A DNA stretch of 64,000 nucleotides, taken from positions 128,001 to 192,000 of the forward strand of contig CAVYKI010000003.1 in the NCBI GenBank assembly GCA_963769025.1, in the 5' to 3' direction. A program made the translations under genes and the position numbers. The notes below the pieces were generated by a model. The model was given only the letters and a program-made list of their open reading frames with translations. It was not told the origin of the DNA and made no database searches. Positions 34,013-44,657 of the stretch are shown here, in pieces. The DNA comes from an uncultured Verrucomicrobiae bacterium. Its GTDB lineage: Bacteria > Verrucomicrobiota > Verrucomicrobiia > Chthoniobacterales > Chthoniobacteraceae. Position 1 is the stretch's first letter. Every line of letters begins with the position of its first letter.

Positions 34013-37000
34013 TCAGCGGAATGCCGGGCGAGCTTCGGCACGCGGCCCGGCAGGTCTGCGGGGCGGGGCGCCGATGTCGGTGGCGGTCACGGGATTCGGC
34101 GGCGCGGGAGCCTGTGGCGGTGGCTGCGGCTTGAGTTCGCGGCCGGATTTGGTGACGGGCTTGCCGTCCTTCGTGGAGACATCCTCGACGCGATAGAGCG
34201 ACCCGTCGGCGTGTCGCAGCAGGGGCCGCATTTCGTCGAGGCTCAACGGGCGCGCCCCGCGCCGGCCAAAGACGACCGTCTGCCCGCCGGTCTCGTCGGT
34301 GACGCGATCGCGGTCGAGTCCGCGGGAGACGGAGAGCGCACGATGCTTGGTGGGATACGAGGCGATGAGCCGCGGCGAAGGGCGCGGGCTGAATCCCGCG
34401 GCGCCCTCGACGGTGTCGGGCGAGATCAGCTGGACCACGCGCAGGCCGTTTTTCCCGTCGGCGACGAGCGCATACATGGATGCGGCGACGGAGCCGATCT
34501 GCACGGCCTGCGCGTCATTGATCTGGCCGCCGGCGGTGAACACCTGATCCAGCTTCGGCTTCTCGGGGTTTTCGATGTCGATGATGGCGAGTCCCTCCGG
34601 GCCGTTCGCGACGTAGGCGTAGGTGCGCGCGACGTAGAGCTTGCGCGCGTGGCGGAGCGGAACGCTGGCGCCGGGGATTGCGCGGGGACGTTCGGGGTCG
34701 GCGAGGCTGAGGACCTTCAACCCTTCGTCATCCGTGACGAATGCGTAGAGGAACTGCACGGCGATCGAGCGCGGGTTTTTCAGGAAGCTGCCGGTGAGTT
34801 CGCCGACGAGCCGCGGCTGATCCGGCTTTTTCACATCCACGACGGCGATGCCTCGCGGCGTGCAAATGTACACGCGATGCCCCGCACAGATCGCGTACTC
34901 CGCGCCGGTGAGCCGGCCGTCGGGATTGATATCCACGGCGGTCTTCTTGACGAAGTTGTTCTGCGGATTGCCGTCAAGCAGCGTGTTCACATCGCAGACG
35001 ACGAGCCCGAGCTTGCGGTCGGTGACGAATGCGTAGCCGTACCACGCGGGGATCGGCTGCTCCTCGTTTTCCGGGAGCTGGATGCGCATCGGGTCATTGA
35101 TGAGCGTGCTCGGCAGCGCGACCGACGTGGCGAACGGCGTGCGCACGTACGTCCGCTGCCCAAGCGGCGAGAACGGAGCGGTCACGATGCGTTCGCTGAA
35201 ATCCTTCTGATCAATGTTCGCCACGTCGTACACCTCGAAGCCGCTGGCCCCGTTCGCCGTGTAGAGGTATTCGCCGCGCAGTGTGAGGTCGTTGATTTCG
35301 CCCGAGTGGTGCTCGTGCGCCTCGGCGAGCTTACGGCCGCGCGCGAGGTGCTCGGCGTAGTTTCGCGGATAGGCGTTCTTGTGCATCGAACTGCCGATCA
35401 CCGACTGCGGTTCATCGGCCTCGGTCCAGATCACGGCGTGCAGATCCCCTTCCCCGCCGACGTATGCGTAGCGGCCGAAGAAATTCACCGTGCCCGTGCC
35501 GAAGCCGAGCAGTTGCGTCATCCACGCATTGTTGTCCTTCGCCTTCGCGAGATGGCAGTCGGTGCAGTTCTTCGTCGTGCCGACGCCGCTCGTCGTGTGC
35601 GGGAAATGCGGATTGAACGCCTGCCCGCTGTAGCCGTCGCCGCTCACCGTCTGCTGCTGCGAATAGACCCAGCCGCGGTTCTGCGTCTGCGAGCTCACCA
35701 GCACGGCGCTCGAGGATCGGATCACCGCGAGCCGGTTGTTTTTCACCGTGCCGTCGATGCCGAGCATGAAGACGTCGTCGCGCACCACCTGCGGATTGTA
35801 GGTCGTGAAATTGCGGCTGAGCGCGCCTTCGAATTTGTTCAACGGCACCTTCTGGTTTGCCTTCATGGAAAGGTGGCAGCCGAAGCAGCTCGTCGCCCAC
35901 GACGTGTGGCAGACCTGACAGTCCATGTTCTGGTTCGCGTGCGCGAGCGTGGACTTGCACTGCTTCTCGCCCGGCACTTCGCCCCAAGTCTCGCCGTCGC
36001 GCTGCACGGTCTTCGCGTGCGCGGCCTTCGCGTTGTACTTTTCCGAGACCGGATTGATGACGTCGATCGTCTGCGGGATTTCCCATCGCGCGTCCTTCGC
36101 CATCGTGGAGTTTTGGAAAAGGCGGCGCATCGGCTGGCCTTGCGAATCCTTGATCGGCTCGCCCGTGATTTTGTCCGTCACATCCTCCCACTCGAAGCGC
36201 GGCTTCCACGGCGTGATGCTCTTCGCGAGGTCCACGGGTGTGATTTTGCGCCGGTCCTTCGGGTCGGTCTGCCCCGCGGCGCCGCTCGTGATGAGCGTGG
36301 GCCGCGCGTTGATCGTGCCGTGGCAGTCCACGCACGTGATGGTCGTGGCGTTGCGCGCCTCGCCGTAAAGCAGGCCGTTTCCATGCACGTCCGTCTCGAA
36401 ATGGCAGTCCACGCACTGCATCCCCTTTTCGAGATGGATGTCCTTGAGATGCACGGCGCGCTTGAAATCGCGATGCGCGACGATGTTGTCATCGAGGTCG
36501 AGCCGGTTGCCCTTTTTGTCCTGCTTGAAGACGGCGCGAAAGATCCACCCGTGCCCGTGGTAGTCGGCGAACTGCGTGTGCTTCAGCTTCGGATTCAGCT
36601 CCGCGACCTTTTCCAGAAAATCGAGGTTGCCCCACAGCCCGCGCGCGGCGGCGGCCTCGGGATTTGAGACGGTTGCGCGGACGAGTTCGTCATCCGTCGG
36701 ATCGTGCTGTTCCTTCGGATACATAAATTCCGCATCCGTCTCCTGATCCCACCACGTGTATCCGAGGAACGGATTCACGAAGAGATTTCCCTGATGCATG
36801 TGGCAGTTCATGCACTGCGAGCTGGGGATGGAGCGCGTGAACTGATGGCTGATCGGATGCCCGCGCTCGCGTTTGGAAATCGTCGGGTCCTTCGAGAAGC
36901 TGAGCCCCTGATTTCCGAATTTGTGCCACCAGCCGGAGTTGCTCGGGGAGCGATCGTTCGCATAGACGACGTGGCAGGCGGTGCAGCCGCTCGAACGGTA

Positions 37001-38125
37001 GTCGCCGGGACGATCGTTCGAACCCATGAAGCCGAGCAGCGGATCGTGCAGGCGCGTCTTTTGTGCGCCGAGGAAAATGGGATCCGTGCGGTTCAGCGTG
37101 CCGAGTCCGCGCGGCGAGAGACGGCGCTCGGGCTTGCCGGGAGGCTCGTCGAACGCCGGCAGACCGGTCTGGAGCGGCTCGAAGCCGCCTTTTTCAAAAA
37201 TGCGGAGGATGTTTCCCGGCTGGCTGAGATTGAATCGCGGCAGCGGCACAAGCGACGGAAGGATGCCGAGCCGGCGCGTCTGCTCGGCGGTGGGCTTGAA
37301 CGGATTGTTCAGCTGGAGCGGAACGCCGTCCGCGCCGTAAGCCTGGCCGACGATTGCGTCCTTGCGGTTGATGGAGCCGTTGTTGTACGCGGCGGCGTTC
37401 CAGAGCATCGCGCCGTGGTTCATCATCGAGTGGCCGACGCGATCCACGATGTCGGCGTGGCAGAGCCCGCACGACTGCTTCGCCGCGCGGAGATCGCCGG
37501 GATTGATGAACCGGATGAACTCCGGCGATTCATGATTCAGCACGACGCTGGCGTTCACCGGATTCGCAGACGTCTGCCAGAACTCCGGATTCCGCGGCAG
37601 CACATGCGCCTTTTCGATGGCGAGCCCGCGCGCGGGATTCCCGCCGTGGCAGTCGGTGCAGCCGAGCACGACGTTCGGCGAAGTGTGCATCGTGTGCGTG
37701 TCCGTGGATGTGTGGCACTGGACGCAACCCACGCTCTTTCGGTTCGCCTCTTCCCAAGTCTGGTCGATGAGATTGCGCGGCGGACGCGACACTGAGACTT
37801 TTTCCGGACGCGCGGAGACCGGCGGGCCGAGACCCGCGCCCAGCAATTTTTCCGAAGTGGACTCCATGCCGGGGTGCTGACCTGCGCCCGGCAGTTGCGG
37901 GACCGGATAGGCGCCTGCCGATGTCGGCGGCCCGACGCCTGCGGCGGCGCCCGGAGGCGGCGGCAAAGCGGGAGGGACATCGCCCGGCGAGGGAAGAGGC
38001 GGAAGCTGCGTCCCGCCCGAAGCCGAGGTCGGCGGACCGAGACCGTCCTGCGCGTGCAGGAGCACGAGCGGCACCGCGACCACGAGGCTCGCGAACGCGA
38101 TCAAGAGTGGCGGAATGGGGCGCAT
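34013..38125 (-). CDS. Secreted decaheme c-type cytochrome with C-terminal LVIVD-type repeat propeller
   Basis: Signal peptide; 10 CxxCH (CVQCH, CTDCH, CGLCH, CTACH, CMNCH, CVDCH x2, CQVCH, CFGCH, CTDCH); repeats such as YAYVANGPEGLAIIDIENPEKP and YALVADGKNGLRVV. Confidence 0.88.
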   Translation of the reverse strand: MRPIPPLLIAFASLVVAVPLVLLHAQDGLGPPTSASGGTQLPPLPSPGDVPPALPPPPGAAAGVGPPTSAGAYPVPQLPGAGQHPGMESTSEKLLGAGLGPPVSARPEKVSVSRPPRNLIDQTWEEANRKSVGCVQCHTSTDTHTMHTSPNVVLGCTDCHGGNPARGLAIEKAHVLPRNPEFWQTSANPVNASVVLNHESPEFIRFINPGDLRAAKQSCGLCHADIVDRVGHSMMNHGAMLWNAAAYNNGSINRKDAIVGQAYGADGVPLQLNNPFKPTAEQTRRLGILPSLVPLPRFNLSQPGNILRIFEKGGFEPLQTGLPAFDEPPGKPERRLSPRGLGTLNRTDPIFLGAQKTRLHDPLLGFMGSNDRPGDYRSSGCTACHVVYANDRSPSNSGWWHKFGNQGLSFSKDPTISKRERGHPISHQFTRSIPSSQCMNCHMHQGNLFVNPFLGYTWWDQETDAEFMYPKEQHDPTDDELVRATVSNPEAAAARGLWGNLDFLEKVAELNPKLKHTQFADYHGHGWIFRAVFKQDKKGNRLDLDDNIVAHRDFKRAVHLKDIHLEKGMQCVDCHFETDVHGNGLLYGEARNATTITCVDCHGTINARPTLITSGAAGQTDPKDRRKITPVDLAKSITPWKPRFEWEDVTDKITGEPIKDSQGQPMRRLFQNSTMAKDARWEIPQTIDVINPVSEKYNAKAAHAKTVQRDGETWGEVPGEKQCKSTLAHANQNMDCQVCHTSWATSCFGCHLSMKANQKVPLNKFEGALSRNFTTYNPQVVRDDVFMLGIDGTVKNNRLAVIRSSSAVLVSSQTQNRGWVYSQQQTVSGDGYSGQAFNPHFPHTTSGVGTTKNCTDCHLAKAKDNNAWMTQLLGFGTGTVNFFGRYAYVGGEGDLHAVIWTEADEPQSVIGSSMHKNAYPRNYAEHLARGRKLAEAHEHHSGEINDLTLRGEYLYTANGASGFEVYDVANIDQKDFSERIVTAPFSPLGQRTYVRTPFATSVALPSTLINDPMRIQLPENEEQPIPAWYGYAFVTDRKLGLVVCDVNTLLDGNPQNNFVKKTAVDINPDGRLTGAEYAICAGHRVYICTPRGIAVVDVKKPDQPRLVGELTGSFLKNPRSIAVQFLYAFVTDDEGLKVLSLADPERPRAIPGASVPLRHARKLYVARTYAYVANGPEGLAIIDIENPEKPKLDQVFTAGGQINDAQAVQIGSVAASMYALVADGKNGLRVVQLISPDTVEGAAGFSPRPSPRLIASYPTKHRALSVSRGLDRDRVTDETGGQTVVFGRRGARPLSLDEMRPLLRHADGSLYRVEDVSTKDGKPVTKSGRELKPQPPPQAPAPPNPVTATDIGAPPRRPAGPRAEARPAFR

Positions 38126-40457
38126 CAATACTGGAGCGTGACGGTGAGGAAGCCGTTGTAGAGGAAGTCATCGGCCTTTCCCGCGTCTCTGCGAGCCGAA
38201 GCCATCGACGGTCACGGTATTGGCGCGGTAGATGTCGCGATAGCCGCCGCCGGGAACGAAGAATCCCATGCCGATGGAGATCACGATGTTGTCCGTGAGC
38301 AGCGGCCGGTACTTGAAGCCGAAGCTCGCATCGAGTCCGAGATCATTGCGGAGCCGATCGGTCTGGAGCGCCACCTTCACCGCCTCGGGCTCGGCCAGCC
38401 AGATGTAGTTCACATTGAGAAACGCCTTCAGCTTTGGCGTGACGTCGATGTCAGTGCCGACGCCGAGGATGATCGCACCGGGGTTCACGAAGTTCGACTG
38501 CCCCTCGGTCTTGCTCGTGCGCAGGTTCGGCACGAGCGAGTCGCGCTGTTTCAGATTCACGGCCGTGCCCGCGAGATTGATGCCCTCGTGCGTGTACCAA
38601 CTGAACGGACCGCCGATGAAACTCGGATTGTCGAGGATGCTGTCGAATCCGCTGGCCGTGCCGTTCGTCGGGTTCGGGTCACCGCTCGCGTAAAAGCGCG
38701 GAAAATTTGAGCCGGTACCAGTCGCGATCATAGCTCAGCTCGATCGCGGCCATCTGCGCGTTGATCGTGACCTCGCGGCCCGCGAGCGAGTTGTAGTCCT
38801 CCTTGCCGAGCACCTGGTAAAACGCGTGGGTGACATTCAGCCGGCCGATGTGCCCGTCGCCGGTCCAGCCGAGGTAATACGCATTCACCGAGTTCGAACT
38901 CGGGCGTCCCGCTGGCGGTGTCCCGGACGGTGCCGACATTCAGCGGGCGCGTGAGGAAGCCGTTCCGTCGTAGTGCGTGCCGCCGTCGTCGAAATTCATG
39001 TGGAGGCTGACCTGCGCGGTGTAGCCCTTCCACAGGAAGTCCTGCCGGAACATGTTCGCGATGACGACCTGCTGATGCCGCGAGTCGAACGTGTTCAGGC
39101 CCGAGTAGGTGTCCTTCTCGCGCATGTTGAAATACGCGAGGTTGTATTGCGTCCGGTTGTTGTCGCGCGTGCCGAAGATGCGCGCGCCGAGGTTCGTGTC
39201 GGAAAAGATGAAGCCGCGGAAATCCGAGATGAACGGCTGGTTGCCGAAGCGCGATGAGATCGAAGTCGTAGTTGTCCGACGTGTCGCGGACGTGGATCTC
39301 GGCGAACGCCTCCTGCAGCGCAAAGTGGTCCTTGAACCGCGTGGTGTAGCGGCTCCCGCTGAAGTCGTTGTTTCCGCCGCCGGTGGCCGTGTTGTTCGTC
39401 GTGACGGTCGTGGCGGTGGTCGTCGTGCCATTGATCGGCACGAGCGCCTGCGCATTTCCCAGCGGCTGGAGCTGCGAGGAGAGGTAGTTGAACGCCGTGG
39501 CGGGATTCACGTTCGACGTGAACAGCCCGGGATTTCCGGACTGCGGATTCGCGCTTCCCGCGACGCCGGGGACCGCGCCGATGGCGGAGGTGTTCGGCGC
39601 GAAAGTGGCGCCGCCGTCCGAGCCGCGCGGGTCGGGATTCAGGAGGTTGTTTTCCCGCACGCGCGTCCAGTTGTTGTTGTACACCGCGTTCACGCGGATG
39701 AGCCAGCGTCACCGGCTTGAAGGCCGTCTCGCCCTTGAAAAGGTCGAATGCGAACGACACGTCGTTGGAAAACATCATCTGCTCGCCGCGGCCGAAAAAC
39801 TCCGCGCTGTTCGGCGTCGCCGTGCTCACGCCGCTGGGCACGGGCAGCTTGCGGACCTCGTAAAGCGCGAAGTCCTTCGCGGTGAGGTTCAGGAAAATGT
39901 CCTGCCCGATGATCGGCAGATCGCCCTTCAGTTTGCTCTGGCGGTACGGGTGCCAGAGCCGCGGCGTGTCGTACGTGTACGGCGTCTCGGTCGAGGGATC
40001 GCGGTAGCGCTGCCAGTGCGGGAAATGGCAGCGTCCAGCGGTTCGGCACCGCCGTCGAATTTGGCAGCAGGCCGAGGCCCTCGCGGCCCATCGGATACGA
40101 GTTGTAGGTGAATGTCTTCTTCACCGGGTCATGGCCGAGGACCATGCCGCGCGGCAGCTTCAGCGAGCCGGGAAGAATCGGATCCTCCGGAAAAAGGAGC
40201 GGGTCGGTCGCGCCCGGCGAAAGGCCCGGCTCGTTCCAGACTCCGGGATCGGGATTGAACACCGCGGGGGACTTCGGCGGCTCCTCCTGGACATTCCCGG
40301 CGGTCGGGCGCAGCGCCGGCGTCCCTTTGCGAAAACGCGGCCGCGCGTCCTCGCCGTTCGCGTCGGCGGCGCCGGTCACGATCACCGCTGCGCAGACTAC
40401 GAGGCGGCGCGTGGATGCGCGCTGGGGACTGAGGCGGCGTTGGCCAAGTCTTGGCAC
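38125..40457 (-). CDS. Probable outer-membrane beta-barrel protein (several frameshifts)
   Basis: Six ORF fragments join into one protein with amphipathic strands (ALQEAFAEIH, QPFISDFRGFIFSD, YYLGWTGDGHIGRLNVTH, LGVGTDIDVTPKL); C-terminus NGFLTVTLQY* ends in an aromatic residue; stop overlaps the decaheme start (TGATG). Confidence 0.72.
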
Positions 40458-40582
40458 GCGCCGGTCATACGGTCCCTACGCGATGCGCGGCAATGCAAAA
40501 TGCCTATGCTACGCGAGATGAAAAGCTGCGTGAAAGTTTGACGCGCAAACGGCAGGGCGGTACTCGACAGCCTCCATCGTTC

Positions 40583-43176
40583 ATGAAGACGTCCATCTTC
40601 GCCACGGCTGCGCTCCTGTGCGCGATCCTCGTGCCGCAAAAGCTGCGGGCGCAGGACAGCGGGGAGCAGCTCACGGCGGCCGAGGTCACGCAGATCATCG
40701 CGCAGGCGGCGGCGGATGCGACGTGGAGAAACCCGGGAGCCATCATCGCCGTCACCGACCGCGAGGGATTCGTCCTCGGCGTCTGGGACATGCAGGGCCG
40801 CATTCCGAGTCCGCTGCCGGCATTCAGCCCTTTCCGATCTGGACAACAATCCCACGGCGGTCCGCACCTACGGCCTCTTCGCAGGCGCGATCACGCGCGC
40901 GGGCACGGCGGCATTCCTGAGCAGCGACCAGGAGGCGCTCACGACGCGCACCGCGGGATACATCATCCAGCAGCATTTCCCGCCGGGCGTCGCCAACACG
41001 CCTCCCGGCCCGCTCGTCGGCGTCGGTTTCTCGAGCCTGTTTTTTTCCGACATCAACCGGCTCAAACAGATCGCGAATCCGCTCTCAGCCGGTTCGCCAT
41101 TCGATCCGTCCGACCTCCGCGCTTCGCTCGCCCCCGGCGACACGGCCCGCATTTCGCCCGGCATCCGCGGCAACACGATCATCCCCGGCTCGCTGAACGA
41201 TTCCCCCGGCGGCGTGCCGCTCTACAAGAACGGGCATCTGGTCGGCGGCATCGGCGTCACCGGCGACGGCTACCCGACGAACCTCGCGCCGGCGGCGGCG
41301 ATTTTCCTGAACGAGACGAACACGACCTCCACCCCGGGCTTCGTGCCGAACGCGCTGAGCGACGCCGACGAGCAGGTCGCGCTCGCGGGCCAGCGCGGCT
41401 TCCGTCCCTCGCCGTACATCGTCGCGACGAATATCCTCATCAACGGAATCCGCATCCCGTACGTGTGGCAGGCCGTGCAGGACATCGTGGACGCCACGGG
41501 CTCCGTGCCGCTGACCAGTCTGCCGGGACGCATCGTGGACGGGTTTCCGATCCAGGCGCCGCCGCCGCCATTCCCGTATCCGGTCACGCAGCTCGGCGGC
41601 GTGACGGGCGAATTGCGCGGCCCTGTCGTGTTCGATTCGCCGGCGAATCCGTCCGGCACGATCCGTTTCATCGACGACCCGGTCTCCGCGATTCCGGGCA
41701 GGCAGCTCATCGGCGGCCAGAGCCGGCTGACCGCGGCGGAGGTCACGCAGATCATCACCAAGGCCGCGCAGCGCGCGAACATCACGCGGGCCGGCATCCG
41801 CCTGCCGCTCGGCACGTCGGCGAAGGTCTTCATCGTCGTGGTCAACAATCCCGACAAGGACCTCGAGGCCCCGGCTGTCCTCGGGACGTTCCGGGTCGGC
41901 GATGCGACCGTTTTCTCGTGGGATGTCGCGGTGCAAAAGGCGCGGACGTCCGTCTTCTTTTCAAACAGCCAGCTCGCGATGTCCACGCGCGCCGTCGGCT
42001 TCCTCGCGCAGAGCAATTTTCCGCCGGGCATCGACGGCAAGGCGTGGGGTCCGCTGTTCGGTTTTCAGGAAGCCGTGTCCTTGAAGCGCGCGCCGGTGAC
42101 GGGCGCGTTCCCGGGGAATCCGAACCTGCCGAATGGCATCACCATTTTCCCCGGCGGCTTTCCGCTCTACCGGAACGGCGTCGTCGTCGGCGCGATCGGC
42201 GTTTCCGGCGACGGCGTCGATCAGGACGACATCATCGCGGCGAGCGGATGCGCGGACTTTCTGGCGTATGACACGCATCCGCTCGGACACGTATTCGTAC
42301 GGCGGCGCGCGGCTGCCTTACGCGAAATTCCCGCGCAACCCGGTCGTCGCGGTGGACGCAGCCATCGACCCCGTCCCCGTCCCCGACGCGCCCGAGATGG
42401 ATTCCTCCGCGGTCGTCCGCTTTTCGCCAAAGGACGTCAGCGGTGACGGCGTCGCGGACCTGCTCTTCCAGAATTCCTCCGGCCAGGTCGCCGTCTGGTA
42501 TATGAACGGGAAAGGCTCCGCGTCGGGACTCGACACGCTCTACAGCGGCAACCTCGGCGACTGGAAAATCGTCGGCGCGGCGGACATCAACGGCGACGGC
42601 AACGCCGACATCCTCTTTCAAAACACGCTCGGCCAGATCGCCGTCTGGTACATGGACGGCAGCGGTGGACGCTCCGGCGTCGCCTACATCTACGGCGGCG
42701 GGCTCGGCGATTGGAAAGTCGCCGGCATCGCGGACATGAATGGCGACGGCAACGCCGACATCCTTTTCCAAAACACCACCGGGCAGATCGCCGCTTGGTA
42801 CACGGACGGCAAAGGCTCCATCTCCGGCACCGCCGACATCTCCAGCAGCGGGCTCGGCGACTGGAAAGTCACCGGCGTGGCGGACATGAACGGCGATGGG
42901 AATGCCGACATCCTCTTCCAGAATACCCTCGGCCAGATCGCCGTGTGGTACATGGATGGCAAAGGCGCGCGCTCCGGGAGCGCCTACATCCACGCTGGCG
43001 GCGTAGGCGACTGGCGGGTCGTCAACGTCGCGGACATGAATGGCGACGGCAATGCGGACATCGTCTTTCAGAACACCTCCGGCCAGGTCGCCGTCTGGTA
43101 TATGAATGGCAAGGGTTCCATCTCCAGCACCGCCTACATCTACAGCGGCGGCCTCGGCGACTGGCGCCTGCGCTGA
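40583..43176 (+). CDS. Secreted protein with two GlcG/HbpS-like heme-binding domains and C-terminal FG-GAP-like repeats (frameshifts near 40835 and 42270)
   Basis: Signal peptide; LTAAEVTQII twice; IAVTDREG; PGGVPLYKNGHLVGGIGVTGDG and PGGFPLYRNGVVVGAIGVSGDGVDQDD. Confidence 0.8.
42433..43173 (+). repeat. Five tandem 150-bp (50-aa) FG-GAP/VCBS-like repeats
   Basis: Unit DxNGDGNADILFQNxxGQIAVWYMxGxG...GLGDWK; first two units start at 42433 and 42583. Confidence 0.92.
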
Positions 43177-43257
43177 ACACGCATCGCGCATCGGGCGCAC
43201 GGGGATGCCACGCTGCGCAAACATTCAGGTGGCGAAACCGCGCCTCACCGCGCCGGC

Positions 43258-44397
43258 TCAGGACTGCGGGAGCTGCTTGAGGACCGCTTCCAATTCCTGC
43301 AACGCCGCGGCGAACTTCGACGGCTCGAAGTCCTCCTGTTCACGCGCCTGCCGGAAGACGGCATCAATCGACTTCTCGAATGCCGGCGCCTCCGTTCCGC
43401 CTTCCTTTTTCCACGCCGCCCACAGCCGGTTGATCGCCGGCGCGAGCACTTCCGCCCGCCTCCGATGTTCCGCCTTCCCGAGCTTCGCGTCGCCAAATTC
43501 CGAGTGGGCCGCGACGTAGGCCTTCAGCTGGGACATGAGCTGACTCCGCGTCCATTTCGTCCGCGACGCTTCGCGCGCGAGGCGATCCGCGGCGGATTTC
43601 ATCGCGGCGAAATCCTCCCCTCCCGTGAGTTCCTTTTTTCCGGAATCGGTCTTGCGCAGCAGCCACACGAGCGCGTTCCAACGCACGACCAGGTGCTCGT
43701 CCCGCTGTGTCCCGAGCTTCCAGCTCATCTCGCGAAGGGCGACCGCCTGGCCCGTCAGCCATGAACGCGGCCCGATCGACGGCCGCTCGTCCTTGTAGTG
43801 CGGAGGCTGCGCGACCGACTGCCCGTCGAGTTCAAAATAGAGTTCCGGGTGCCCCGCGCGCCGGATCGGCTCGTCGAGATTCAGGTGGCAGGCGACGCAC
43901 ACGTTGGCCCGGCCATGGATGTCGTTCATGTCGCGCAGCCCGAGGCCGACGATTTGATGATACGTGACGTCCGTCCTCGTGTGGAAACGCAGCCACGCCT
44001 CCGCCGGCCCGTGGCAAGCCTCGCAGCTCACTCCGCGATCCGCCTTCGGCAGCCCCTTCACCAGCCGCTCCGGCGCGACGGCCTCCATCGGCGAATGGCA
44101 CACGGTGCATTGCGCCGCCTTGCCGGGGTCGCCCGTGATGCCGAGCGCCTCGGCGATGCGCAGCGAGGTTCCTTTTGCCAGAATGCCAGCAGCCACCGCG
44201 TGCCGGTCCTTTCGCTCGAAAATGAGCGATTCATTGTGCCCCTTGCCGCCGCCGTGGCAGCTCGACGAGGCGCACGATTGCGCTCCCGTGAAATGCGCCT
44301 TCGCGATTGCCAGTTCATCCGCCGCGCACACCGGTGTCGGAAGGGCGCGCGAAAGGCTGGCGATGATGACGGCCGGGAGTATGCGTCGGAGTGCCAC
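43258..44397 (-). CDS. Secreted tetraheme cytochrome (c554-like)
   Basis: Signal peptide; FTGAQSCASSSCH (CX4CH), CTVCH, GVSCEACHGP, CVACH; AGHPELYFELD. Confidence 0.82.
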   Translation of the reverse strand: MALRRILPAVIIASLSRALPTPVCAADELAIAKAHFTGAQSCASSSCHGGGKGHNESLIFERKDRHAVAAGILAKGTSLRIAEALGITGDPGKAAQCTVCHSPMEAVAPERLVKGLPKADRGVSCEACHGPAEAWLRFHTRTDVTYHQIVGLGLRDMNDIHGRANVCVACHLNLDEPIRRAGHPELYFELDGQSVAQPPHYKDERPSIGPRSWLTGQAVALREMSWKLGTQRDEHLVVRWNALVWLLRKTDSGKKELTGGEDFAAMKSAADRLAREASRTKWTRSQLMSQLKAYVAAHSEFGDAKLGKAEHRRRAEVLAPAINRLWAAWKKEGGTEAPAFEKSIDAVFRQAREQEDFEPSKFAAALQELEAVLKQLPQS

Positions 44398-44657
44398 GGT
44401 GCGCGCTTCTACCAGTTCCCGCAGTGAAGTCGAACACGGAAAACCTCGGAGCGCGGGTGCATCGGTCGCTGCGCGCTGCGATTCCGCACTGGCACCGCAC
44501 TCGCGCGCCTGTTACGAAGCCCGGCGTCCGATTCCATGGCCAAGACTCCACAGAACCTCGCGAACGGAGAACCCTCGAACGGGGAGGAAGGGAAGCCCGC
44601 CGCGTCCATGCGATTGGAACGGATGCGGAATTCCGTCGTCCGCCACGCGACTGTGCC

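Noticed and set aside
42433..43173. Tandem 150-bp repeats as a CRISPR array or DGR template/variable repeats
   Set aside because: In-frame coding repeats with mostly synonymous variation; no cas or reverse transcriptase gene in the window
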